Part shown: positions 1 through 9,565 of the stretch, in pieces
How the letters are laid out: each line of letters opens with the position of its first letter
Numbering within the stretch: the first letter of the stretch is position 1
From: an uncultured virus (IMG/VR IMGVR_UViG_2667527573_000005)
Lineage: Duplodnaviria > Heunggongvirae > Uroviricota > Caudoviricetes
Virus record (IMG/VR): IMGVR_UViG_2667527573_000005
Location: 1 to 64,000 of that record
Direction: 5' to 3' (one strand)
Length of the DNA stretch: 64,000 nt
The notes under the pieces: model-generated
The model's database searches: none
What the model saw: only the letters and a program-made list of their open reading frames with translations
Told to the model about the DNA's origin: nothing
Position numbers and translations under genes: made by a program

Positions 1-102
1 ATGGATGTTCCTTTCTTTTGCATATTGGGCAGTAGTATTATCATACCAAACCCTGCATGTGTATACCACAAATCGATTGCTTTGAAATGCGGAAATACGA
101 GC

Positions 103-134
103 AAAAAACAGACCTCTCAAAAACTGAGAGGTCT
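103..134 (-). terminator. Intrinsic terminator downstream of spoVK
   Basis: GACCTCTC/GAGAGGTC inverted repeat (111-118, 127-134) followed by a T-run on the minus strand. Confidence 0.75.
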
Positions 135-549
135 ATGCAGATCCAGATGCTTCTTCTTTAATGGAAAGATCTTGGCTTTTGATGGTCATCAAGTCGCTTT
201 TTAAGTATTGGTCTCCCATTAAAAGCCTCATGGCTTGTGCTCTGATCGATTTTTCGATCACATTTCTGACAAAACGTCCATTGCTGAATTTAATGGGACT
301 TGTCGTGCTTTTCACTGTCATTAAGTAATCTTTCAATTTCCATTCAGCTTCTTGACTGAGCTGGTATTCCCTTTCATCGATCATTCGTTTCGCAATCTCC
401 ATGAGCTGGGTCACAGAGTAATCCGGAAAATCAATGGAGATGGGAAATCTTGATTGGAGTCCGGGATTTAACGAGAGAAAATGATCCATTTCCCGTGAAT
501 ATCCGGCGAGTATCAAAATAAACTCATGCTGTTTGTCTTCCATATGCTT
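133..549 (-). pseudogene. spoVK: 3' half of host spoVK (AAA+ ATPase), interrupted by the prophage; restorable on excision
   Basis: Translation (K)HMEDKQHEFILILAGYSREMDHFLSLNPGLQSRFPISIDFPDYS...FSNGRFVRN is the SpoVK C-terminal half; similarity stops just upstream of KHMEDK where phage sequence begins. Confidence 0.93.
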
Positions 550-2224
550 GAATATGGTTTAGTCTTTTATGCGAGTTTATAAACTCCCCTCCCTGCTCGC
601 CGTTAAGAAAATCCACATGGCTGTTTTCATTATTAAGTGAAGAACTTTTCCATACAACTTCCATGTGATCATCATCAAACAGAGTTACTTTTTCAATGAA
701 GAAATCAAGGAATTGCCGTTTTTCTTCTATTGTAATTTCATTTTTAATCATTTTAGAGAACGAGCCAATATACTCGATCATTTTTTGTTTTTTGTCTTCA
801 GTTTGTTTATTTGCAGCCAATTGTGAATTAATTATTTTAATCTCATTCTCAATATGCTCTTTGTTCTGTTCCAATGGCTGAGACAGTTGGTCGAACATAC
901 TTTCTTTAATTTTCCCTTTCCCAAAAAGAATTACATAATTTGCTATTTCTTCATCTATCTCACCGAGTTGTTTTTCTAGTCGACTTGCTTTTGCTTTGAG
1001 TTCATCGATTTTCTTTTGATCAGACGCTTCCTCTAAAAATGATTCTAGAAATTTCTCTGGATTCTTCAGGAGTTTTATAAACCAGTTCCAAAAAACTTCA
1101 TCAACGATATCGACTCTCCAGTTCTTACCTTCACATGAAACAACTTTCTTGCCATTTTGATATCCTTTTGCAGTCTTTGCTCTACAAGAATAATACTTAT
1201 ATACGCCTGATTTAGTTTTAGAAGTTATTCCTGAGCCACATGCCCCTCCACAACGACCACATTTCGCCTTGTTTTTCAGCAAATAGTCTTTAGTAGCTCG
1301 ACTTCTTCCCTTAAAGTTGCTCTTCAATCGCTCAATGATTTGCTCTCGTGTAGCTTTATCCCACATTGGAGGAATCTTTATCAATATCCATTCGTCTTTG
1401 TTTGTCGGCACCTGTTTCTTCTTACCATTAATTTGAACAACTTTTGACTTTCCATAATAAAAATCACCTGTGTAATCTTCATTCTGCAACATTCTACTTA
1501 CAGTTGCCTGATACCAAGTCTTTCCGTTAGGAGCAGCAACTCCCCTTCTTGAAAGCTCTTTAGCAATTTCATTCGAGGACATTTTTTTGTTTAAGAGCAT
1601 ATCCTTCATTTCAAGCAAAATTTCTTTTTCTTCTTCGTTATACTCAGGAAGATCTGTCACTGTATTAAATTTGTACCCATACAACCTTTTAAATGAAGGA
1701 AATTCACCTTTCTTTGCTTTAGCCAATCTTCCTCGCTTTGAGTTAGCATGAATTTTCGCCTTATTGTACTGTGCAATTGAACCTTGAATGTTGTACATCA
1801 GCATTGATTCAGGATCATGAGGATTTACTTCAAATTCAATAAACTCGATATCAACACCCATACCCCATATTCTTCTTGATACCACACCCTGTAAGGTGTT
1901 ATCTCTAGTTAGACGATCTGGGTGTAATACAATGAATTTTTTTCCTAGTCCTTTTTCTAATAAATATAAGGCGTGATTAAGAGCTGGCCGGTTTGGATCA
2001 TCTCCCATGCCCCCCGGTTCAACTAACGCAATTATTTCGCTTTCCTTGTATCCAAATTTAGAGATTGCTCTTTCTTTACACCTTTCTATTTGTGACTCAA
2101 TTGAAAAACCCTTATTAGCTTGATCTGTTGTTGATACTCTGGCATAAATCAATGCATTAATTTTGCCAATCAAATGCATTATATTGTCCGTACTTAGCTT
2201 TTGATCTCCCTTTAATATAAGCAA
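524..2224 (-). CDS. Large serine recombinase (phage integrase)
   Basis: YARVST catalytic motif, DRLTR, recombinase domain, Zn ribbon (CGRCG...YYSC), coiled coil; GGAGG RBS before TTG start. Confidence 0.95.
   Translation of the reverse strand: MLILKGDQKLSTDNIMHLIGKINALIYARVSTTDQANKGFSIESQIERCKERAISKFGYKESEIIALVEPGGMGDDPNRPALNHALYLLEKGLGKKFIVLHPDRLTRDNTLQGVVSRRIWGMGVDIEFIEFEVNPHDPESMLMYNIQGSIAQYNKAKIHANSKRGRLAKAKKGEFPSFKRLYGYKFNTVTDLPEYNEEEKEILLEMKDMLLNKKMSSNEIAKELSRRGVAAPNGKTWYQATVSRMLQNEDYTGDFYYGKSKVVQINGKKKQVPTNKDEWILIKIPPMWDKATREQIIERLKSNFKGRSRATKDYLLKNKAKCGRCGGACGSGITSKTKSGVYKYYSCRAKTAKGYQNGKKVVSCEGKNWRVDIVDEVFWNWFIKLLKNPEKFLESFLEEASDQKKIDELKAKASRLEKQLGEIDEEIANYVILFGKGKIKESMFDQLSQPLEQNKEHIENEIKIINSQLAANKQTEDKKQKMIEYIGSFSKMIKNEITIEEKRQFLDFFIEKVTLFDDDHMEVVWKSSSLNNENSHVDFLNGEQGGEFINSHKRLNHIQAYGRQTA
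540..557. other. Prophage-host attachment junction (att), probable crossover dinucleotide at 548-549
   Basis: CCATAT-gcTTga-ATATGG inverted repeat centred on TT/AA exactly where spoVK coding similarity ends; serine-integrase site geometry. Confidence 0.8.
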
Positions 2225-2273
2225 TAGATCATAACCTCCATATTGCTTTATCTTTTATGTCTGTATATAAGCA

Positions 2274-2285
2274 CAAGTATACCAT
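2274..2285 (-). promoter_or_regulatory. Extended -10 sigmaA-type promoter element upstream of the integrase
   Basis: Minus strand TGgTATACT about 50 nt upstream of the start codon. Confidence 0.5.
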
Positions 2286-2312
2286 GGGAAAAACAGGTAT
2301 ACTTGTTTTACC

Positions 2313-2459
2313 TTATGCTTTTTTATACTTGTACATTAATGTAGCTGCAAAATCATAAAATTCTTTAGTTGATATCACCTTTTCAACCCAATTTTCTACA
2401 TCCTGATTAATGACTGTGGTTACCTTATAGTTTTCTGCGCATTCTCTTCTTTTGCTCAT
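2313..2459 (-). CDS. 48-aa protein, candidate recombination directionality factor (RDF)
   Basis: Not in ORF track; MSKRRECAENYKVTTVINQDVENWVEKVISTKEFYDFAATLMYKYKKA; ATGA overlap with yotM stop; same position as SPbeta sprB/yotN; adjacent to integrase. Confidence 0.65.
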   Translation of the reverse strand: MSKRRECAENYKVTTVINQDVENWVEKVISTKEFYDFAATLMYKYKKA

Positions 2460-3055
2460 TGATGCACCACTCCCATAGATGACTTGTCATCAATGTATGA
2501 ATTAAGTGGGTTGTCCAATAACTTGGATTTCTTTATCAAATCATCGCAAAGTTTGTTTAAATAATATGTATAATTCACTTTCTTTTTCATCCAGCGCACT
2601 TCAGTACCAATCTCTTCACAAATCGCAATCGAGATACTGGACTTGTTAACTTTATTATTATATGTATGCTCTAATTGTTTTTCAGCTATGTTTTTGTATT
2701 TCAAGAATTCATCAATATGTACGAAATAAACCTTGTTCTCAGGCTCTCTAAATTGAAAAAGAAAACCAGGAATTATGTTTGGGTACTGTGTTGCTTCTTT
2801 TAAGTGTTTAATCTGCTGTGCTTTTATGATCTTCTCACTGAAAGAAATGGACTTGTTCTTTGTAGACTTTAACTCAAAGGGGAACAAGTATCCGTTAAAA
2901 TGCAGGAAACAGTCATATTTGTTTTTTGATACTGCTGCCCCTCTTTTCAAGAACATTGGATTAACATCTTTAATCCGGTAAAAGAACAGCTTCTGATCCG
3001 CTGCTGATTTTTCAATGTTCGCTTCAAAAACTTTCCCTTGATTGTTTGCTCCCAA
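2456..3055 (-). CDS. yotM: RecU-like Holliday junction resolvase (YotM)
   Basis: N.GK.FE...YDC...FELKST PD-(D/E)XK motifs of RecU family; synteny. Confidence 0.85.
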   Translation of the reverse strand: MGANNQGKVFEANIEKSAADQKLFFYRIKDVNPMFLKRGAAVSKNKYDCFLHFNGYLFPFELKSTKNKSISFSEKIIKAQQIKHLKEATQYPNIIPGFLFQFREPENKVYFVHIDEFLKYKNIAEKQLEHTYNNKVNKSSISIAICEEIGTEVRWMKKKVNYTYYLNKLCDDLIKKSKLLDNPLNSYIDDKSSMGVVHQ

Positions 3056-3129
3056 TCAATCACTCTCCTAATCTATATTGAAGGTAAATTATGTATGTGC
3101 TAAAATCGTTGCTGAAAGAGGTGTGCATA

Positions 3130-3372
3130 GTGAAAAAACAATGGAAACCAGTTGATTCAAGACTCAATGAACTCATGCATGAATATAGCGTTTCAATTGA
3201 AGATCTTGTTGAACGTACTGGATTACCTAAACAACGTATTAATGATTATGTAAGTGGTTTTAAATCAAATATGAATATTGGAACAGCAATGACATTTGCT
3301 GATGCCATAGGTTGCTCTATTGAAGAGCTGTATGTATGGAACTTTAAAGAGCGCAGACAATTGATCAAATAA
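3130..3372 (+). CDS. yotL: XRE-family HTH regulator (YotL)
   Basis: HTH sequence; GTG start after GAGGTG RBS gives 80 aa. Confidence 0.8.
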   Translation: MKKQWKPVDSRLNELMHEYSVSIEDLVERTGLPKQRINDYVSGFKSNMNIGTAMTFADAIGCSIEELYVWNFKERRQLIK

Positions 3373-3373
3373 A

Positions 3374-3568
3374 TTACATGGTGGTTCCCTTTTTGATCCA
3401 CCTAATTTCCTGCATTAATTCTTCATTATTGTCAGCCAAGTTAATTAAGTTACGATGTGCTCTTTGCAAATCTTTTTCTTCAATGGCCTCCTTTACTGTT
3501 TTCATTTGTCTATCCATCTTGTTATACAGTGTTTGAATTGAATGATATGCCTCGTTAATTTTTCTCAC
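3374..3568 (-). CDS. Small coiled-coil phage protein (YotK-like)
   Basis: ORF track; synteny next to yotL. Confidence 0.65.
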   Translation of the reverse strand: MRKINEAYHSIQTLYNKMDRQMKTVKEAIEEKDLQRAHRNLINLADNNEELMQEIRWIKKGTTM

Positions 3569-3780
3569 CCTTCATTTTTTGGTTTTTATCTATGTAATCA
3601 ATAACCATTCTGCTGACTTGTTTAACGAACTGTTCATATTTCTCGTTTTCATTATCACTGTAGATAATCTGGCCCCATGAAGTCTCTAACAATTTCGCTA
3701 GAGGAGAAAAGTTGGTCTTCAATTGTACTGAACATTGTTTTCCAATCTTTAAACTCTTTCTCAATCAGTGTTGTGTTCAT
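3555..3780 (-). pseudogene. YotJ-like gene with a +1 frameshift in a G4 tract
   Basis: AAGGAG RBS and ATG at 3780 give MNTTLIEKEFKDWKT...RDFMG; removing one G at 3673-3676 joins it to QIIYSDNENEK...; span 226 nt = 3n+1. Confidence 0.65.
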
Positions 3781-5930
3781 TATGTAAGCTCCTTAATTTG
3801 GTTTATTTTTTTAGAACAAAATTCAAATAGCTCTTCAAAGCCCTTTCCTAAGTCATAATCAAAGTCCTCCTCGAATTTGGAATGCTCATCAATTTCATAA
3901 AAAGAAATGAAAATATCACAAATACCGATAAAAAATGTCGTGTTACGGGTGGGTATTGTCAAGTCTATCCAATCACCATCATCACTGTAGGGCCCGCAAT
4001 ATTCCCTTTTAATTGAGAATTCTAAATTATTTTTCAATAACACCTCACAAATATAGCGTTCAATTTTTTCTAAGCTCTGCAGCTTCTTTTTATATTCTTG
4101 ACATTCTTCACATCTTTTTGCTAAAGACTTTTCAATATGCATGTGTATATTCTCATCACTTTTAACAGCATTAACAAAATCATTTAATGTAGCTCTGACC
4201 TCTCCACATTCACAAGCGTATTCATATGGCAAGATTGCCGCTTTAATGATTTCCTTGAATTTCAAGTAATATTGCTCTTCATCAAGGTTGTGGACTTCTA
4301 GGGTGTCATCCAATTTATATTTGCAATTAAAGCCCATATAAACTTTTAATATTCCCTTTTTAATTAAAATTCTTCCTATCTGACTCCTATCCCGACATTT
4401 CCTTTTAATCCAAATACAAAGCTCCTCTTCGGAAGGTTTCTGCCAATCAAGCGTTACGAAGATGGATGGATCAGATATTTGATCTCTAATAAATTTAAGG
4501 GTTTGTTCTTCCCCTTGCAAAAATCTGCACAATTTTTCAGGACACGGAATCGGTTTAAGCTTTTCCTTATATTTAAATATCTTCTTATCGAAAACTTTAA
4601 ATAATTTCTCTGCGTTTTTAAGTTTTTTTATCTGTGACCAGACATCTTCACAAACAGTTAAACATTTAAAACTATTGTAATAAAGGTAAAGACCGTTCCT
4701 CTTATAAAGAACTTCATACAAATCGTCGTTATATTTTTTTTGCATTTCAGATAGAGTTTCAATAAAACAACGGCTAGTTTTAATTTGTTCTATTTTTAAC
4801 ATATCCACCAAATCTCTTGCTACGGATTCAACGCTTTTTCCTGAAGTGAAAGAACTTATTTCAATAGAATCTTTGATGGTTTCTATGTCACTGTCTAATT
4901 TTTCAACACTCGACACAGTAAACTCTATATGAGAATTTCCAAGTGTCTTATATTTCATTGAAAAATCATTGTTGTCATTATTGAATGTCACTTTGAATTT
5001 ATGAATTTCATCTTTAATCCGTTGTTCATTTTTAAATTGTAGATAATCAGTCTTTAATCCATTGCAACTTTTTTTATTCAATATTGATTCGATGATTTCT
5101 TTATCTTGTTCATTAAATGAATCAATAAGCAATACCATTTCTTCAATACTTATTTCATCTTTTTTGTATCTAAGAACGTCTTGCCAAAACCAATCTAATT
5201 TTTCAATCCTCATTTTATATTCATTTAATTTGACTGATTTATAGATTTCTTCCTTGTACTGCCCAATGGTTTGATGATACAGATCATTCTTTTTTGTGTA
5301 TCTGCATTTCCCATCGTAAAATAAAGGAACAAGTGTATAAACTTCACCATTATGTTTAAGCCTTTTTATATCAACTTCCACAATTGTTTTATTTAGCTCT
5401 AGCCAATAATCAATATAGTCTTCAACATTCTTCTTATTGCTATATTGCATTTCAATAATAATCTCTTGGTTACACTCTGTCTTTATGCTTAAGTCGGGGT
5501 TGTATTTCCCATTAGAAAGCTTATAAACAGGTTCAATGTTGATTTCTTTACACACATATTCAATGACATCATTTGTCTTTATGTAAAATTTGTCACCAGA
5601 TTCTATGAATTTATTTTTAAACCACCAGTGAACCATTGATTCTGCATGACAACTAGATAAATCAACATGCGCAAAATGAGGTGTTACTTTCTTAGACTCA
5701 ATTGCTTTTGGGATTAAACTTGATCCACAAATCGGACAGAAAAATGTACTTTTTTTATTAAATTCATTAATTTTGTCAATGGTTATAACTCTATTATCAA
5801 TATCTCTTGCAAACCACTGTTTTACATTCTCAAAAGACACCGACTCCCCTCCTCTTTCTTTAATTATTCTTGTCCTTTGCTCAACATATTCATCCCATAT
5901 AGATCCGTCTATACAATAATTATCTTTCAA
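3780..5930 (-). CDS. 716-aa protein with N-terminal CoiA-like Zn-finger / PD-(D/E)XK nuclease domain
   Basis: FCPICG...PHFAH...C.AES..H...PDL...IEMQYS motifs; long uncharacterised C-terminus with CECG/CEEC. Confidence 0.7.
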   Translation of the reverse strand: MKDNYCIDGSIWDEYVEQRTRIIKERGGESVSFENVKQWFARDIDNRVITIDKINEFNKKSTFFCPICGSSLIPKAIESKKVTPHFAHVDLSSCHAESMVHWWFKNKFIESGDKFYIKTNDVIEYVCKEINIEPVYKLSNGKYNPDLSIKTECNQEIIIEMQYSNKKNVEDYIDYWLELNKTIVEVDIKRLKHNGEVYTLVPLFYDGKCRYTKKNDLYHQTIGQYKEEIYKSVKLNEYKMRIEKLDWFWQDVLRYKKDEISIEEMVLLIDSFNEQDKEIIESILNKKSCNGLKTDYLQFKNEQRIKDEIHKFKVTFNNDNNDFSMKYKTLGNSHIEFTVSSVEKLDSDIETIKDSIEISSFTSGKSVESVARDLVDMLKIEQIKTSRCFIETLSEMQKKYNDDLYEVLYKRNGLYLYYNSFKCLTVCEDVWSQIKKLKNAEKLFKVFDKKIFKYKEKLKPIPCPEKLCRFLQGEEQTLKFIRDQISDPSIFVTLDWQKPSEEELCIWIKRKCRDRSQIGRILIKKGILKVYMGFNCKYKLDDTLEVHNLDEEQYYLKFKEIIKAAILPYEYACECGEVRATLNDFVNAVKSDENIHMHIEKSLAKRCEECQEYKKKLQSLEKIERYICEVLLKNNLEFSIKREYCGPYSDDGDWIDLTIPTRNTTFFIGICDIFISFYEIDEHSKFEEDFDYDLGKGFEELFEFCSKKINQIKELT

Positions 5931-6092
5931 ACTTTTTAATATTCCTTATAGTCTGTATCTTCTCCCTTATTGTGTATTTCATTCAAAATCCTCAATAGCT
6001 TACCTTCAAGTGTTTCCTTATGTAAATTGAATAAGGTTTCCACTTGTTCTCCACTAATTTTATTTTTATTCTCAATAAAAGACCGATTTTAT

Positions 6093-6248
6093 TTAGAATT
6101 CTCTGTTCTTGAAAATGTCACGATAAGTAAGTCCAGAAATCCCACGATCCTTTTTCGTTTGTTCATTGGCTTCTTTCCAATCATTTTCAGTTAAATTGGA
6201 AAACTTATTTTTAGATAACTTAGGTTTCTTGACTGCTTTAAGTTTAAT
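6093..6248 (-). CDS. 51-aa hypothetical protein with ATT start
   Basis: AGGGGG RBS, 8 nt, ATT AAA CTT...; open frame filling the intergenic gap; no in-frame ATG/GTG/TTG near the RBS. Confidence 0.5.
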   Translation of the reverse strand: MKLKAVKKPKLSKNKFSNLTENDWKEANEQTKKDRGISGLTYRDIFKNREF

Positions 6249-6252
6249 AAAA

Positions 6253-6441
6253 CTAACCCCCTAAAAATTCTGTGATTTTATTTATGTCATCGGTATTCAA
6301 ACAAATCGACACTTTCTTACTGTACTTCTTGTCTTCAATAGTCATTAAAACATGGTCTCTTCCTTTCTCGAAAATAACTTTATCTTCTTTAGGAAAAGTA
6401 CGACATTTAAAAACTTTTTTCATTGAAACAATCCTCCCCAA
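6253..6441 (-). CDS. Hypothetical phage protein
   Basis: ORF with RBS, co-oriented with neighbours. Confidence 0.6.
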   Translation of the reverse strand: MGRIVSMKKVFKCRTFPKEDKVIFEKGRDHVLMTIEDKKYSKKVSICLNTDDINKITEFLGG

Positions 6442-6584
6442 ATCACTCCTGCAGCTATTAAGACAGAAACAAATTTCATTATTATGAAGTATTTGATATG
6501 CTTTGTTTCATCTTCAGTTAAGTTCAAGTCTGATAAAGCGAATAAACCAAACATGACCAACAAAATCCATGCTGTAACAATCAT

Positions 6585-7133
6585 CTACTTAGAACCTCTT
6601 CCAACTGTATATCCGCCGGTAATGTCATTTAAGATCGTGCTGCTTGGGGACAGCTTTTCACTCTCAATATCTTTATTTTTAGTGTAATTAATGAAATCCT
6701 CGAACTGAATCAAATACACTCCGTAAGCTGTGTTATTCAATTTATCAATGGTATCGTCACTTAGTTTCAAAAACCAGCTGTCAGTACCTTGTCCATACAC
6801 TTCAAAAATTTGAACAATCTCATCCTTAAACTCAAAGTAAGCCAGCTTATTTTCAAATTCACATTCCTCATCAACTGGATTTCCTACATGATTTGTCGCA
6901 TATTCCATCATTGAAGTAAGCATGTAACCTAATTCAACGTCCGAGAAACTTAGCTGTGGTTTAGGTGTTCCATAGTGAATATCTGCTTCATTTAGCGATC
7001 CTCTTTGATTCACTTCTCTAATGATTTCCTTCATAGCCGTACGGCCTTTGTGAATGATGAATTCCCTACGTTCCTCATCTCTTCGTTTATAATTCTCTAA
7101 TACATCATTAATATTAAATTCTGTTTTAGCCAT
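6585..7133 (-). CDS. Hypothetical phage protein
   Basis: 182-aa ORF with GGGGAG RBS. Confidence 0.75.
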   Translation of the reverse strand: MAKTEFNINDVLENYKRRDEERREFIIHKGRTAMKEIIREVNQRGSLNEADIHYGTPKPQLSFSDVELGYMLTSMMEYATNHVGNPVDEECEFENKLAYFEFKDEIVQIFEVYGQGTDSWFLKLSDDTIDKLNNTAYGVYLIQFEDFINYTKNKDIESEKLSPSSTILNDITGGYTVGRGSK

Positions 7134-7560
7134 TAGTACACTCCCCTTTGATTAACTGTTTGCAAATATTAATATATTCTTGCAGACTATTAACTGTTGA
7201 AATAATACACCCCCGAACCTCTTCAGAATCTTCAAAATCTATTTCACATTTAAGGCAATGCTCATCAATCTCAATCATTGCAAGAAATTGATCATTGTTT
7301 GGCACATTTTTAAAGTCAATATTCTTTAATCTTGGAATGCCCTTTTCCTTAATCCATTCAATAAATGGATAATCGACATTGGTTTTTGTTGTAGCGATTT
7401 TTAAAAACCCATGTATATCAAAAGAGTTCTCAATATTGAAATAAATGTGAAGGCTCTTCTTCATGAGATCAAATAATCGCATTAGCGCTTTATCAATGTT
7501 ATTGTCTGGTTTAACTTCAAATTCTAAATCAAACCATGTTGCAGAGTTTGCGTTATTCAT
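7126..7560 (-). CDS. Hypothetical phage protein
   Basis: 144-aa ORF with GGAGG RBS, coupled to neighbours. Confidence 0.75.
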   Translation of the reverse strand: MNNANSATWFDLEFEVKPDNNIDKALMRLFDLMKKSLHIYFNIENSFDIHGFLKIATTKTNVDYPFIEWIKEKGIPRLKNIDFKNVPNNDQFLAMIEIDEHCLKCEIDFEDSEEVRGCIISTVNSLQEYINICKQLIKGECTNG

Positions 7561-7902
7561 TTAACCCCTCCAAGGATCATGTTTTTCGATAACAGTCAGT
7601 CCATCCCTATTTCTCTTAGTGTTTTGTTCTGCTAATTTTAATAACGCATTTCTAGACTTTTCATCATTAAAGACCTCTTCCAGGTTTATTAAATGCGTCC
7701 TTTTCTCCTTTGTCATTGCTTGAGTATGTAAGTCGGTAACCTTATTGTTGTTAGCTGCTTTTCTAAATTCGTAGTATTTGGGTGGATTGTATGACTTAAA
7801 CCATTTTTCCACTTTAATCGGGGACAATTGCCCAAAACCAAACTTGATTAACACTGCCTTTTTGCTTTCAGGGTGGCTCATAATTTTTTCATATACAGTC
7901 AA
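7561..7902 (-). CDS. Hypothetical phage protein
   Basis: 113-aa ORF with AAGGAG RBS. Confidence 0.7.
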   Translation of the reverse strand: MTVYEKIMSHPESKKAVLIKFGFGQLSPIKVEKWFKSYNPPKYYEFRKAANNNKVTDLHTQAMTKEKRTHLINLEEVFNDEKSRNALLKLAEQNTKRNRDGLTVIEKHDPWRG

Positions 7903-7937
7903 GAGTTCATCTCCTTTAAATCACTTCGCTACTTTGT

Positions 7938-8294
7938 TTACCACGTACTAATGTCTGTAATGTCTTTTTTGGTTTTACATTTGGAGCAAATAACCTCTAC
8001 AGCTGTACCCATACTCACTCCTGTCAAAAGATAAGCTATGCTACCTTTGCATTTCCCCAAATGTTCATCCCTAAAAGCATCTGCTTCATTTCTTTCTTTT
8101 TCTGATAAAGTATGAAGGCTATTATTTCTCAGATTCTCATTTTCTTTTAACAATTTTGCGATTTCCTCATCTTTGCTGAGCTTTCTTACCTTGTCTACAA
8201 GGGAATCCCTTTCATTGATTAGATTGTCGATGAATGCACTTAGGTCATCCATCATCTTATCCTTCTCTCTTTTTTCAACCCATTTAAGGAACAT
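7938..8294 (-). CDS. Hypothetical phage protein (coiled coil, C-terminal CxxC)
   Basis: 118-aa ORF; H..C...CSKC possible Zn site. Confidence 0.75.
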   Translation of the reverse strand: MFLKWVEKREKDKMMDDLSAFIDNLINERDSLVDKVRKLSKDEEIAKLLKENENLRNNSLHTLSEKERNEADAFRDEHLGKCKGSIAYLLTGVSMGTAVEVICSKCKTKKDITDISTW

Positions 8295-8332
8295 GTCATC
8301 CCATCCTTTTTTTGAATCAAATCAACATTTTA

Positions 8333-8638
8333 TCAATAATAAAACTCCATTAACGCATCTCTTCCTGCTCTGTTCAATAATTCAATATCGAATATTACAT
8401 CTCTTCCCTTTAATTCGTTGTAATGATAATTAGGGTCTTGCTTTTCATTGTAATGAATGAAGGAGACGTTATGAGAAGTATATACGTCATAACGATTTTT
8501 CAAAATAATCAACATTCCATTTATCTCAATTGCTCCGATTGAAACATTGTTTAACATTGTCCTACTGGGTAAAGAATGACGTAGTACACTTCTAAGTTCT
8601 TCGAATTTTTCACTTCTCTTATAACCATAACTGTTCAT
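8333..8638 (-). CDS. Hypothetical phage protein
   Basis: 101-aa ORF with AAGGAG RBS; flanked by near-consensus palindromic sites at 8317 and 8662. Confidence 0.7.
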   Translation of the reverse strand: MNSYGYKRSEKFEELRSVLRHSLPSRTMLNNVSIGAIEINGMLIILKNRYDVYTSHNVSFIHYNEKQDPNYHYNELKGRDVIFDIELLNRAGRDALMEFYY

Positions 8639-8688
8639 ATTGATCGTGCTCCTTTTCTGTATAAAATTAGAATTTCACCCGAATCGTA

Positions 8689-8919
8689 TTAATTAACTAA
8701 TTCCCACTCTCCAGGATTAAGTTGATCTAATGTGAAGAACATTGGCGTACCGTCGTTCATAAACTCAATAATCATCAATCGATCTTGTTCATTTCTTGGG
8801 CAGCTATCTGGGTTACTGTATGTAGATTCGGCTGTAACAGTTGTATAGGTTCCACCGTAAGCCCAAGAATCACCGATATATTTAATTACGTCTCCTTCTT
8901 TAACACTTGAAAAATCCAT
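8689..8919 (-). CDS. Hypothetical phage protein
   Basis: 76-aa ORF with GAGG RBS. Confidence 0.65.
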   Translation of the reverse strand: MDFSSVKEGDVIKYIGDSWAYGGTYTTVTAESTYSNPDSCPRNEQDRLMIIEFMNDGTPMFFTLDQLNPGEWELVN

Positions 8920-8944
8920 GTAATCCTCTCACTTCAAATTAATG

Positions 8945-8974
8945 TGTATAATCTCAAAACATCTCCACACAATA
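8945..8974 (+). promoter_or_regulatory. SigG-type forespore promoter for sspC
   Basis: TGTATA-17 nt-CACAATA resembles the SigG consensus, upstream of the SASP gene. Confidence 0.6.
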
Positions 8975-9019
8975 CAATTGAACAAACTTGTTTTACATAC
9001 TACTTTAGGAGATGATCAA

Positions 9020-9232
9020 ATGGCTCAACAAAACAGATCAAACAACAGCAATGACTTACTCGTACCTCAAGCTGCAGGTGCACTTGAACAAATGAAGTAC
9101 GAAATTGCTTCTGAGTTCGGTGTGAACTTAGGGCCTGAGACAACTAGCCGAGCAAACGGATCAGTAGGTGGAGAAATTACAAAACGTTTGGTTCGCCTGG
9201 CTCAACAAAGCATGAATGGTCAATTTCATTAA
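9020..9232 (+). CDS. sspC: Alpha/beta-type small acid-soluble spore protein
   Basis: MAQQNRSN...[42 protein letters not shown]. Confidence 0.95.
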   Translation: MAQQNRSNNSNDLLVPQAAGALEQMKYEIASEFGVNLGPETTSRANGSVGGEITKRLVRLAQQSMNGQFH

Positions 9233-9237
9233 TGTAT

Positions 9238-9261
9238 GAGGGGTTAATCCCCTCTATTTTT
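9238..9261 (+). terminator. Intrinsic terminator after sspC
   Basis: GAGGGG-ttaat-CCCCTC followed by TATTTTT. Confidence 0.75.
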
Positions 9262-9286
9262 ATACTCCTTTCCCAAACCCAAACAC

Positions 9287-9565
9287 CTAGATCATCTCTT
9301 CTCTCAACCATTTATAAATTTTTTCTCTGACCTCTGTGTCATTCCATCCCCATTCTTCTGCTAACAAGTGAATATCTTTCGGCAGGTGTTTATGTATTTT
9401 GACCACAGATGATGGGTCTAGTTTTTTGCCATAATAATCATAATAACAATCGAAAATCTGGTCGTACGCATCTTCGTCTATCCATAAATAATGACAAACA
9501 GCACATCCTGAAATTCCCTTTGGACAAGGTGTCTTAATCCTATACCTGCCATTGATTTTCTCCAT
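9287..9565 (-). CDS. Hypothetical phage protein (Cys cluster)
   Basis: 92-aa ORF, CPKG.SGCAVCH. Confidence 0.7.
   Translation of the reverse strand: MEKINGRYRIKTPCPKGISGCAVCHYLWIDEDAYDQIFDCYYDYYGKKLDPSSVVKIHKHLPKDIHLLAEEWGWNDTEVREKIYKWLREEMI

Noticed and set aside
1..204. Plus-strand 67-aa ORF and the many other short plus-strand ORFs overlapping long minus-strand genes
   Set aside because: Antisense shadows of real genes with no RBS or recognisable motifs
3555..3764. ORF-track 69-aa protein starting at TTG 3764
   Set aside because: No RBS; the real start is ATG 3780 in another frame, joined by a frameshift
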